This document shows, in pieces, positions 8,013-15,992 of a stretch of 32,000 nt of DNA. Source of the stretch: Thermofilum adornatum (GTDB lineage Archaea > Thermoproteota > Thermoprotei > Thermofilales > Thermofilaceae); assembly GCF_000446015.1 (NCBI RefSeq), contig NC_022093.1, positions 30,001 to 62,000 of the forward strand. The letters run 5' to 3'. Under the pieces are notes generated by a model. That model was given only the letters and a program-made list of their open reading frames with translations. It searched no databases and was not told the origin of the DNA. A program made the translations under genes and the position numbers. The first letter of the stretch is position 1. Each line of letters opens with the position of its first letter.

Positions 8013-11000
8013 GTGGCTATGCGGGGAAAGCTTTCATTATTAATCATTGTTCTGGCTTTAAACTTAGTTGCCGTTACCCTTCTCGCACAGCCAACCTATA
8101 GCTCTACACACTTCGATGTATACGACAAGGCAGGCGCTGGACTAGCGTATGCACAGAGCATTGCAAATGCTCTTGAATCGGGATACTCTTCACTTATTGG
8201 TGCGGGGGCTAGCCTGGCCCCGCCGTGTAGTGGAACAAAATACAATGTAACGATAGTGAATCTTAGCGGCGAAGGAGGAGAAGTTAGGTCAAGCTTTCTC
8301 TATGATCCATCGACGGGAAGGATTACCAAGGCCTGCATATCCTACATACTGATGGCTACTGGTCTAAGCGGCTCAACGTTGAACCATATTGCTTACCACG
8401 AGATGGTGCACCTTGCCCAGGCTTCATACTACCAGTACATATCAGTTGTAAGTAGCTACCCCTGGTATGTCGAGGCAAACGCAGAAGGCGTCTCAAGCGC
8501 GCTCTCTGGGGTTTGCGGATGGGAGCCGTGGTACTTCTCCTATTCCCTCTACACAACTAATCCGTACAGCTACAGCGATGGAAACACGCAGTCCTACGCG
8601 TATGGGGCACTCTACTACTGGCTTATCAAAAGTGGAGCCGCATCAGTGCCAGGCACGCTTTCGGGAAGCTTCTCGGGGAGCACCACGAACTCTGACTGGG
8701 TCAATTCAAACTATGTATCCTTCTTGCTGGCCATAACCAAGGGAATAGGCATATGTGGAAAAACCTACTATCCAAGCTACCAGACCGCGACCCTTACGGG
8801 CAACTCTTGGACAACGAGCCTGTCCCTCGATGGGCTGAGCGCCGCATACTACAAGATAACGCTACCAGCCCCAGGAACAGTTGCCATTACGGCTACTGGA
8901 AACGTGAAGAGCAATCTACAGTTGAGCCAGCCCTTCTATGTTTCCAACAGTTCCCTCATATTGGCAATAGTAAACCCGTCTACCTCTAGCATCACCTCTC
9001 AGGTCACGGTAACCTATTCGCCTCCACTCATAGCTCGGGTCGTCAGTGGAGTATATAAGCCGCTTTCCGGCACCCTCACGCTCCAACTCTCGATAACATA
9101 CGCGAACCAGCCAGTCACCGGGACAGTCACGGTTAACGGCCAAAGCGTCCAGGCAAGCAACGGCCAGGCCACTGTCACATTTAGCAATGTAACCTGGGGA
9201 AGCTTCCACATAGACGTGTCCTATTGGTCAGACACCTACAGCTTTGACCTTGCATTGAACAAGCCCACCCTCTCATGGGTAACACAGACACCCCTTTACT
9301 TGACTGGCAACGGCTACGGGTTCATTGTCCTCTCGATAAATAACCCCAGCCAGGTATCCATAGAGACAAATGTCGCCGCCGTTTCGCCCATGAACGGCTC
9401 AACGCCTGTCCTAGCGTTCCAAAACCCCAACATGACTGTAACTTTTCCGCCGGGCCAAAGCACGCTTCAATTCAGCTTCAATGTGAACGGATTTGTCTCG
9501 CAGGGAGACGGGTACATCTATCTATACACGGGCCCAAACGACAAGCTTTCAACAAGCTTCCAGGTTAAGCCAGCTTCGATAAGCATCCTCTCGGCGAGCT
9601 ATGACACATCCATTGACAAAACAAACATACAGGTAGCCGTCCAGCCCGCCGGGATAACACAAAGCATAGACATCAAGGGCACTTCTGGAAGCCTCCAGGT
9701 CAAGCTCTCGACCTATACTGTTGGAACATTGGCCTTCAGTATTCCATCCCCAAATGTGGTGCTACAGGCTTCACCCCAAATCGTGGCGCCCCTGTGGTTC
9801 ACTGCAAGCCTACAAGCAACACTAACGGTCAGCGGGCAATGCCCAAGCTTCCCTGTAGACTACAGGATACAGCTAAAGGTAAACGGGACAGAGGTGGGCG
9901 GCAAGGTGTTTAAGTGCGGCGAGACGGCTTCGCTAAGCAACACCCTAAACCTTACCAGGACCACGGCAGACACATATACACTCGTAGCAAACAATAACCC
10001 TGCCTGGGCCACAAAGGTCAGGATCTGGCTACCCAAGATACAGGTCTCACTAAAGAAGTGGACAGTGACCGACAATGGGAGCAACGTCGTCTTGCAGGTA
10101 AGCGTAAGTGGGTCACACAGGTACCTCGTGTTGGGGCGAATAGTCTCGAACGAGAGCTTTGAAATCTCCTATGACCTTCCGGCCGGAAACAAGACACTAG
10201 TGCTGGACACAGGCTTCGAGAAGAGGGAAATCGGGATGCCTCCCGTGATACTTAAAGTCTATGCTCCAGAAATTGTCCTGCGCCCCTACCTAGTGAACTA
10301 TTCACTGAGCATAAATACAAACGCCACTGTAAAGGCAAGGGTAAAGATACTGCTAAACGGCACCACGATAGGTGAAGCCCTCTTCGACGCCGAGAAAAAC
10401 ATCTCTACCGTAAAGCTGAGCACTGTGCCAAAGGCTCCGGGAGCATACGTCCTCCGTGGGGAAGCATGGTTCGCCAGAAACGAGACAATTTTCCTCTATG
10501 TAAGCATAAACGGAGTCAAAGTCTCTGCGGACAGGTTTAGGCTCCTCGGAACCAATACCACGATTACGGCCTACCTCTTTATCTATCCTAGGATACCGGC
10601 AAGCATAAACCTGACACTTGCTGGGTGCGGCCTGTCCACATTCAAAAAGGTGCCGGCAAACAGCACAATCAGCTTGGGCTTCGCAGAGCCCTGCACGCTA
10701 ACAGTCAAGGCACAAGTCCTCAACTACACAGACCAGGCAACTGTCTACTGGGACGTCCTCAACCTCTACTTAGCAGGGCAACTAGGCTACATGGGGGCCG
10801 AGCCAGTAATAGGCAACGGGACAGTCAGGGGGGAGGCCAAGTTCTCCAACGGCACACTTGTCCCGGGAAAAGTCACCGTAAATGGTGAAAGCGAGGTCTA
10901 TGTCCCCGACACGGGTGAGAAGATTTTCCAGCTAAGGGTCGAGTACATGGGCGTAAGCAACGAGACAACTGTAAAGGCTTTCCTCGTGCCCGCCAACCTC

Positions 11001-11327
11001 TATCTCGAAGCCCTAAACATATCGAGGAAGCTATCATCCTCAGAGAACCTCGCCAAGGAAATAAGCATCGCGACAGTCACGGGCAGGTGGGACAAGGTTG
11101 CACGCGCGGTAAGCCTCTACAGGGAGCTGGAAAAGGGTAGCAACCTCGACCCACTAAACGTCCTCGCGGCGAAGCTCTACGAGAAGTGGTCAGCCCAGGG
11201 AGACGACTCGTTGATCGGCTACGTAGAGTTCTTGAACAGGAACAAGATACCAATATATGCCGGAATCCTCTCGGCCGTCTCCGGGATTGCCTACCTCGTG
11301 GTGCGCAGGCGGAAAGCAAAGACCTAG
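8013..11327 (+). CDS. Giant surface-anchored glycoprotein with an N-terminal HExxH (MA-clan metallopeptidase-like) domain and beta-rich repeats
   Basis: Signal peptide (KLSLLIIVLALNLVAVTLLAQP); HEMVH at 8397-8411 with PWYVEANAEG 20 residues later; about 900 aa of Ser/Thr/Val-rich beta repeats with about 24 N-x-S/T sequons (manual count); a helical stalk; a C-terminal TM (IYAGILSAVSGIAYLVV) and basic tail RRRKAKT. The start is GTG at 8013 or ATG at 8019. Confidence 0.85.
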   Translation: MAMRGKLSLLIIVLALNLVAVTLLAQPTYSSTHFDVYDKAGAGLAYAQSIANALESGYSSLIGAGASLAPPCSGTKYNVTIVNLSGEGGEVRSSFLYDPSTGRITKACISYILMATGLSGSTLNHIAYHEMVHLAQASYYQYISVVSSYPWYVEANAEGVSSALSGVCGWEPWYFSYSLYTTNPYSYSDGNTQSYAYGALYYWLIKSGAASVPGTLSGSFSGSTTNSDWVNSNYVSFLLAITKGIGICGKTYYPSYQTATLTGNSWTTSLSLDGLSAAYYKITLPAPGTVAITATGNVKSNLQLSQPFYVSNSSLILAIVNPSTSSITSQVTVTYSPPLIARVVSGVYKPLSGTLTLQLSITYANQPVTGTVTVNGQSVQASNGQATVTFSNVTWGSFHIDVSYWSDTYSFDLALNKPTLSWVTQTPLYLTGNGYGFIVLSINNPSQVSIETNVAAVSPMNGSTPVLAFQNPNMTVTFPPGQSTLQFSFNVNGFVSQGDGYIYLYTGPNDKLSTSFQVKPASISILSASYDTSIDKTNIQVAVQPAGITQSIDIKGTSGSLQVKLSTYTVGTLAFSIPSPNVVLQASPQIVAPLWFTASLQATLTVSGQCPSFPVDYRIQLKVNGTEVGGKVFKCGETASLSNTLNLTRTTADTYTLVANNNPAWATKVRIWLPKIQVSLKKWTVTDNGSNVVLQVSVSGSHRYLVLGRIVSNESFEISYDLPAGNKTLVLDTGFEKREIGMPPVILKVYAPEIVLRPYLVNYSLSINTNATVKARVKILLNGTTIGEALFDAEKNISTVKLSTVPKAPGAYVLRGEAWFARNETIFLYVSINGVKVSADRFRLLGTNTTITAYLFIYPRIPASINLTLAGCGLSTFKKVPANSTISLGFAEPCTLTVKAQVLNYTDQATVYWDVLNLYLAGQLGYMGAEPVIGNGTVRGEAKFSNGTLVPGKVTVNGESEVYVPDTGEKIFQLRVEYMGVSNETTVKAFLVPANLYLEALNISRKLSSSENLAKEISIATVTGRWDKVARAVSLYRELEKGSNLDPLNVLAAKLYEKWSAQGDDSLIGYVEFLNRNKIPIYAGILSAVSGIAYLVVRRRKAKT

Positions 11328-11360
11328 ACTTAAATACCTAGGCCCGCCGCATAAAAAACG

Positions 11361-11409
11361 ATGATGAATGCACGTCAAACAGAAAAATGAAGAAATTGGT
11401 CTTTGCTGA
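11361..11409 (+). ncRNA. C/D box sRNA candidate (2'-O-methylation guide)
   Basis: The layout is exactly canonical. C box ATGATGA (11361-67), 12-nt spacer atgcacgtcaaa, D' CAGA (11380-83), 3-nt loop aaa, C' ATGAAGA (11387-93), 12-nt spacer aattggtctttg, D box CTGA (11406-09). It lies 34 nt after the stop of the giant surface-protein gene. There is no terminal stem. Confidence 0.6.
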
Positions 11410-11861
11410 TAAGGCAAGCAACTTCTTGACAACAAACGGCCCGCCAATCAAGACGTAGATTCATTAAAAGCCTACATTTTGCTTTGAACTTGCCCAAGTC
11501 CCAATCGTGAAAGCCATGGGACGAAACCTCAACAAAAACACATCATCCTCATTCTCGGTATCCCTGCCCCAGAGGCCAGAACAATCATTAGTCTTCACAA
11601 GACTACCCTCTTCAACAATAGCTATAATCTTGTCTATTCTTCCCAGTGTATGAACTAAAAGTTATTTATGAAAGATGCAACTAAGAAAGAATTGAAGGTG
11701 TAAAAGAGAGAATGTGTTAAATGACTTGTTGTTTCAGGGGGAAGTTAGAACTAGGACTGAGAATGAGTTTGGACTGTGTTTTATTTTTGAGCTCTAGATG
11801 CTTGCCATTGTATGGAAAAGTATAAGTCTTTAGGGGTTTCTTTAGGCTGGTGTCCTGAGGG

Positions 11862-12395
11862 GTGGTGTTGGTGTCTGGAGATCCGAAGATCTTGCGGGAC
11901 GTTTTGCTTGCTTCTGGGAGGCGTGTCAAGCTCTATCGTAGAATAGTTGAGGCCGATGGGAAAACGTTTGAGAAAGACCTCGTTGTATTTGGGTCTAGTG
12001 TGGTGATTGTCCCGGTGCTTGGTGATGGGAGAATTGTGTTTGTCAGGCAGTGGCGCGCCTCTATTGCTGGTTGGGTTCTCGAGTTGCCTGCTGGGAGGGT
12101 GGAGCCCGGAGAAGACCTGTTGGAGGCTGCTGGTAGGGAGCTGGTTGAGGAGACTGGGTTTAGGGCTGGGTCGCTTAGGGTTCTGGGGAGCTTCTATGTG
12201 GCGCCCGGCTATAGTGACGAGGTTATAAGTGTGGTTAGGGCTGACGGTCTGGTGGAGGGCCAGTCGCGTCCCGAAGAGGGGGAAGTGCTTAGGACTGTGT
12301 TTATGAGGCCTGAGGAGTATCTTGGATTGCTGGGTAAGGAGACTCTCGACCTCAAGAGCATCGCGGGTGTTCTCCTGTACATGTCGACTGGGTGA
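11862..12395 (+). CDS. Nudix hydrolase, ADP-ribose pyrophosphatase-like
   Basis: Nudix box GRVEPGEDLLEAAGRELVEETGF (G-x5-E-x7-REUxEExGU), with QWRASIAG..LELPAG upstream and PGYSDE downstream, as in NudF-type enzymes. GTG start. Confidence 0.85.
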   Translation: MVLVSGDPKILRDVLLASGRRVKLYRRIVEADGKTFEKDLVVFGSSVVIVPVLGDGRIVFVRQWRASIAGWVLELPAGRVEPGEDLLEAAGRELVEETGFRAGSLRVLGSFYVAPGYSDEVISVVRADGLVEGQSRPEEGEVLRTVFMRPEEYLGLLGKETLDLKSIAGVLLYMSTG

Positions 12396-13849
12396 AGGGC
12401 TTGGGGCTGAAGACTTCTGGTCTCCTCTTTTATGCAGAGAGGATATACAGCACTGTTGTCGGCTTCCTCTTTATATTGCTGGTCACGAGGAATCTCTCAC
12501 CCGAAGAGTTCGGCGCCTGGAGTGTCTTGTCTTCTATCCTTACATATGCTTGTCTAGCTACTTTTACGAATTACTGGGTTACGAGGCTCAGGGCTAGGGG
12601 GGTAGTGGAGGCTACTACTAGCGGCTTAGTGCTTTCCCTCATTTTTACGCTTGTGGGTGCGGGCGCTCTCCTAGTGCTGATGGATAGGATAGCTATTGAG
12701 TTCAGCGTCCCCGCGTCTTCACTCTTCATTATTCTTTTCTATGTGCCAGTCATTTATCTGAACTCGACTATTTATGCGAGCCTCTACGCCGTCAACCCTT
12801 CAAGGGCCGCCATATCGGAGTTTCTCTTCGAGACGGGTAAAATCGTCGTTGCAGGTGCCTTTTGGCTGGCTGGGAGGATAACTCTGAACACGGCTCTGCT
12901 GGCAGTTCTTGGCGGCCACATTTCCCAGTTTGTGTATCTATTCGTATCTATGAGGAGAGACTTCTCTGTGAGGCCGAGGAAAGAAGTTGTGGGGAAGATT
13001 TTGTCCTTCTCGGTATTTAACGTTTTGACCCAGCCCGCTTCTCTTATTGCGAGCCTCGACGTGCCGCTCATCTCATATGTCATAGGAAACCTTGCAGTGG
13101 CATACTATACAGTCGTAAACACTTTCTCGAACCTCGTCGCTTATTCCTATGTCCTCGCGAGGGGGCTTCTTCCCACGATGTTGCAGACAGACGAGAAACA
13201 TGTCCATTTGAGGAGTATAGAGGAGTCGCTGAGGCTTGTCCTTCTATTAGGTGTCCCTTCACTTGTAGGCGTACTGTTCCTCGCCCCGAACCTCCTGTAC
13301 CTGTTTAGGCCTGAGTATGCCGTTGCCGGTGACGTTCTCAGGCTCGCATCTTTCTCGGCCCTGATTGGAAGCATTAGTGGTGCCCTAGGCGACGCGTTGC
13401 AGGGGATAGAGAGGGCTGACATAGAGGGTAAACCACTGAGAGAAGTAGCTCGATCGCGGATATTCAAGGTGTTCATGCTTGGTTACCTAAGGCTAGCGGT
13501 CGGGTTCCCAATTCTCATCGGGGTAGTTACAGCGATAAGGGACCCGCTGAGGGCAGCCTTATTTGCAAGGGGCGCCTGGCTAATGGGAGACATCGCGGTA
13601 CTTATTGTGCTGGCCATATGGACCCGCAAACTTGTAGACTATAGAAAGATGGGGGCAATCGTTCTCAAGTATCTCGTGGGATCGCTTCCAGCGGCGACCG
13701 TTGCGTGGCTCATAAATCCTCTCAAGATAAGAGAGGCGCTACTTGCCGTGACCCTTGCGGGGGCCATATACTTTGCTATCGTATACTTGTTGGACTCCTG
13801 GTTTAGGAGGCACTTTGCCATGCTATTATCACGCCTGAAGAAAGGTTGA
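12392..13849 (+). CDS. MOP-superfamily polysaccharide/oligosaccharide flippase (Wzx/Polysacc_synt-like)
   Basis: 485 aa with at least 12 hydrophobic segments. The N-terminal pattern (TVVGFLFILLVTRNLSPEEFGAWSVL) is typical of polysaccharide-biosynthesis flippases. The GTG start overlaps the Nudix stop (GTGA, 12392-12395). Confidence 0.72.
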   Translation: MKGLGLKTSGLLFYAERIYSTVVGFLFILLVTRNLSPEEFGAWSVLSSILTYACLATFTNYWVTRLRARGVVEATTSGLVLSLIFTLVGAGALLVLMDRIAIEFSVPASSLFIILFYVPVIYLNSTIYASLYAVNPSRAAISEFLFETGKIVVAGAFWLAGRITLNTALLAVLGGHISQFVYLFVSMRRDFSVRPRKEVVGKILSFSVFNVLTQPASLIASLDVPLISYVIGNLAVAYYTVVNTFSNLVAYSYVLARGLLPTMLQTDEKHVHLRSIEESLRLVLLLGVPSLVGVLFLAPNLLYLFRPEYAVAGDVLRLASFSALIGSISGALGDALQGIERADIEGKPLREVARSRIFKVFMLGYLRLAVGFPILIGVVTAIRDPLRAALFARGAWLMGDIAVLIVLAIWTRKLVDYRKMGAIVLKYLVGSLPAATVAWLINPLKIREALLAVTLAGAIYFAIVYLLDSWFRRHFAMLLSRLKKG

Positions 13850-13880
13850 CGTAGTCTCTCTATTCTCGTGAAGCCGCTGG

Positions 13881-13888
13881 ATATATTA
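13881..13888 (+). promoter_or_regulatory. TATA-like box for the 13912 gene
   Basis: atatatta lies 24-31 nt upstream of the ATG at 13912. This spacing implies a leaderless or very short-leader mRNA. Confidence 0.4.
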
Positions 13889-13911
13889 TCGACTCCCCTT
13901 CTTTTTTACAT

Positions 13912-14592
13912 ATGGCTAGCTCTAGGGAAACTGTCCTCATCGTTGCCGTGCTTGCTCTAGCTATAGCTAACCTTGTCCTAGTCTACACGTTGCTGGGATA
14001 CGTTAAACCCGAGAAAAAGATTGCCCCTACACCTTCTCCCGCTACAAGCACAGAGAATACCACACAGACCACTAGCCCCGAGAGAAATGCTACCTCCAAA
14101 GTCAACAATACATCTGCCGGTAGCCAGCTAAACGTTACAAGAAACGAGGGAACCAACAAGACCACCAGCATTCCTCCAGTAAATCGGACGAAGCAGTACA
14201 CGTACAGCCCGTACAACTACTTCCTCAAGCTAGAAGTTGTAAGCGGGCCCGACTCCAATGTAACGGCTAAGCCATCACTGCCAGCCAATCTTGTCGTTTC
14301 AACCAGCTACATAGACAGAAACAACTATTCCAGCATCTGTGAGGTGACGATGAAGACAAGTATGGAGATGGGCACCGCATACATAAACGTGACAATGCCG
14401 CTTCCAGGCGACAAGTGCTACACCGTGAAACCCGTACCAATAAACATGACCGAGACATCTGCCTACTACAGGCTTGAACTCGTTCCAAGCCTCAATGGGA
14501 CGTGTGGCTACTGTGCCAAATACACACTGAAAATATACTATTTGCCTCCGGGACACTACCTAGTCACAATAGGACCACTCTTAAGAGGTTGA
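13912..14592 (+). CDS. Membrane-anchored exported protein, extremely sequon-rich (hypothetical)
   Basis: Signal anchor (VLIVAVLALAIANLVLVYTLLGYV), a T/S/N/P-rich linker, then a beta-rich Cys-containing domain. It has 12 N-x-S/T sequons in 226 aa (manual count). Confidence 0.65.
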   Translation: MASSRETVLIVAVLALAIANLVLVYTLLGYVKPEKKIAPTPSPATSTENTTQTTSPERNATSKVNNTSAGSQLNVTRNEGTNKTTSIPPVNRTKQYTYSPYNYFLKLEVVSGPDSNVTAKPSLPANLVVSTSYIDRNNYSSICEVTMKTSMEMGTAYINVTMPLPGDKCYTVKPVPINMTETSAYYRLELVPSLNGTCGYCAKYTLKIYYLPPGHYLVTIGPLLRG

Positions 14593-14659
14593 CCCAATTA
14601 CCTCAGGGCTAAAAGGAGATGCACGAAATTATTAAGTGAAGCCGGATTCCAATTGGTGG

Positions 14660-15163
14660 TCACGGCTTTTTGTTCTTGCTGAGTATTTCTTTCACATAGT
14701 TCAGCAACCACTTTGCATGGTCGAGGTTGCCTCTTATGTCTTCTGTGCTATACTTCGCCTCGTGGAAGCCCCATACGTGTATATCGTATGCAATTGCCCA
14801 GACGTATTCAAGCCTAGGCTCGTCTAAAAGTCTTGAAAGCCTGCGGGCGGCTTTGCCGAGGAGCTGTGTCCACCATCTTCCCTCTTTTGTGGCTGTTTGG
14901 TACTCTGGCGTGTCAAAGAGTTGGGCTAGCGTCTTGATGGATTCCTCTACGGCCTTATACAGCTTTTCGGAGGCTTGTATTGGGTCGTTTTTGGAGATAT
15001 ATTCTTCGGCTTCCCGGAGATAATTTTCAGCCATTTCGAGTCTGGCTTCTAGTGCAACTTCTGGGTCTGTCTTCAGCGTGGAAAATATGAGGTCTGTTAT
15101 GTTTAGCCCTCTTTTCTCTATTTCGCGGAGTATTTTTTCGGGTATGTAGACTGTTTTTTGCAT
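14660..15163 (-). CDS. PaREP1-family protein (HEPN-related helical domain)
   Basis: AENYLREAEEYISKNDPIQASEKLYKAVEESIKTLAQ ... IAYDIHVWGFHEAKYS matches my recollection of the PaREP1 pattern (A.e.L.eA..l...gd..qAsEK.w.A...avKalA ... LH..gFye). That family is common in Thermoproteota. Confidence 0.6.
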   Translation of the reverse strand: MQKTVYIPEKILREIEKRGLNITDLIFSTLKTDPEVALEARLEMAENYLREAEEYISKNDPIQASEKLYKAVEESIKTLAQLFDTPEYQTATKEGRWWTQLLGKAARRLSRLLDEPRLEYVWAIAYDIHVWGFHEAKYSTEDIRGNLDHAKWLLNYVKEILSKNKKP

Positions 15164-15228
15164 TTTGCCGTGAAGAATAGTTACGAATAAGATTTATGTC
15201 TTTCCTATCTTATCAGGGCAGTCTTCTG

Positions 15229-15945
15229 TTAGAATACTTCTGGGAGTTGTGGCCCAAAGATCTTTAGTATGGCCAGGTATCCTGGGACAAAGACCTCCTT
15301 TTTCTTTTTCTCTATTGCCCTTATTATTGCGTCTGCAACTTTCTCAGGCGGCTCTCCCCTGGTCGCCTCTGGGAGGCCAGCTCTCGGGTGGAAGTTCGTG
15401 TTTATTAGTCCGGGGTAGACTTGTACGAGGTTTATCCCTTTCTGTCGGAGCTCGTTTCTTAGGGCTTTCGAGGCGTAGTGCAGGGCTATCTTTGTGGCTC
15501 CGTAGAGGGGAAGCTGTCTCATCAATACGAATATGCCCGCCGTGACAACATTTACAACTGTAGAGCCCTGCGGCATGTAGGGGAGAAGGCTGTTGATTAG
15601 GAGAAGCGGGGCTACAAAGTTGACATTGACCATGCTTGTTATTTCTTGCTGTGCCATTTCTGTTATCTTCTTCTTCTGGCCGTAGCCTGCATTGTTGACT
15701 AGCAGGTCTAGAGGAGAAAAGCTACTTGCAACTTTGTTTTTAATCTTCTCGATGTTCTCCGGGTTCGAAAGGTCAGCGACCATATAAGTAAAGCCCGTAT
15801 ATTTTGACGCTAGTTCCTTGAGCTGCTCCTCGTTTCTGCCTATGCCTAGAACCGTGTAGCCTTTGTCGAGTAGCCTTACCGCGAGTGCTCGGCCTATGCC
15901 TGAAGATGCTCCCGTCACGAGTGCGTTCGGCATGTTTTGCACCAT
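15229..15945 (-). CDS. Short-chain dehydrogenase/reductase (classical SDR)
   Basis: TGASSGIGRA cofactor motif, NNAG, and the catalytic YGATK (YxxxK). 238 aa. Confidence 0.9.
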   Translation of the reverse strand: MVQNMPNALVTGASSGIGRALAVRLLDKGYTVLGIGRNEEQLKELASKYTGFTYMVADLSNPENIEKIKNKVASSFSPLDLLVNNAGYGQKKKITEMAQQEITSMVNVNFVAPLLLINSLLPYMPQGSTVVNVVTAGIFVLMRQLPLYGATKIALHYASKALRNELRQKGINLVQVYPGLINTNFHPRAGLPEATRGEPPEKVADAIIRAIEKKKKEVFVPGYLAILKIFGPQLPEVF

Positions 15946-15992
15946 ACACTCTAATATTTAAGGAGTTATATGGCTAACTTTTTGCCGTTTCC

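Noticed and set aside
8356-11447. Short ORFs overlapping the giant surface-protein gene (8356..8556, 8467..8736, 8753..8989, 8916..9209, 9014..9211, 9860..10084, 10625..10888, 11077..11319, 11190..11447)
   Set aside because: These are off-frame or antisense shadows of a continuous 1104-codon frame that has coherent signal peptide, repeats and anchor. None has an independent promoter-like context or a recognisable motif.
11717-11929. 70-aa minus-strand ORF overlapping the Nudix gene start
   Set aside because: It overlaps the Nudix N-terminus and its promoter region, and its low-complexity Thr/Ser/Lys/Pro-rich sequence has no motif. It is likely spurious. A 47-codon plus-strand ORF at 11516..11659 was dismissed for the same reasons.
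12007-13821. Short ORFs within or antisense to the Nudix and flippase genes (12007..12228, 12322..12597, 12784..13083, 13080..13262, 13147..13476, 13639..13821)
   Set aside because: These are off-frame or antisense shadows. The main frames carry a clear Nudix box and a continuous multi-TM flippase profile.
14649-14656. CCAATTGG perfect palindrome in the convergent gap between 13912..14592 and 14660..15163
   Set aside because: It is only 8 bp, has no flanking stem extension or T-tract, and is compatible with chance.
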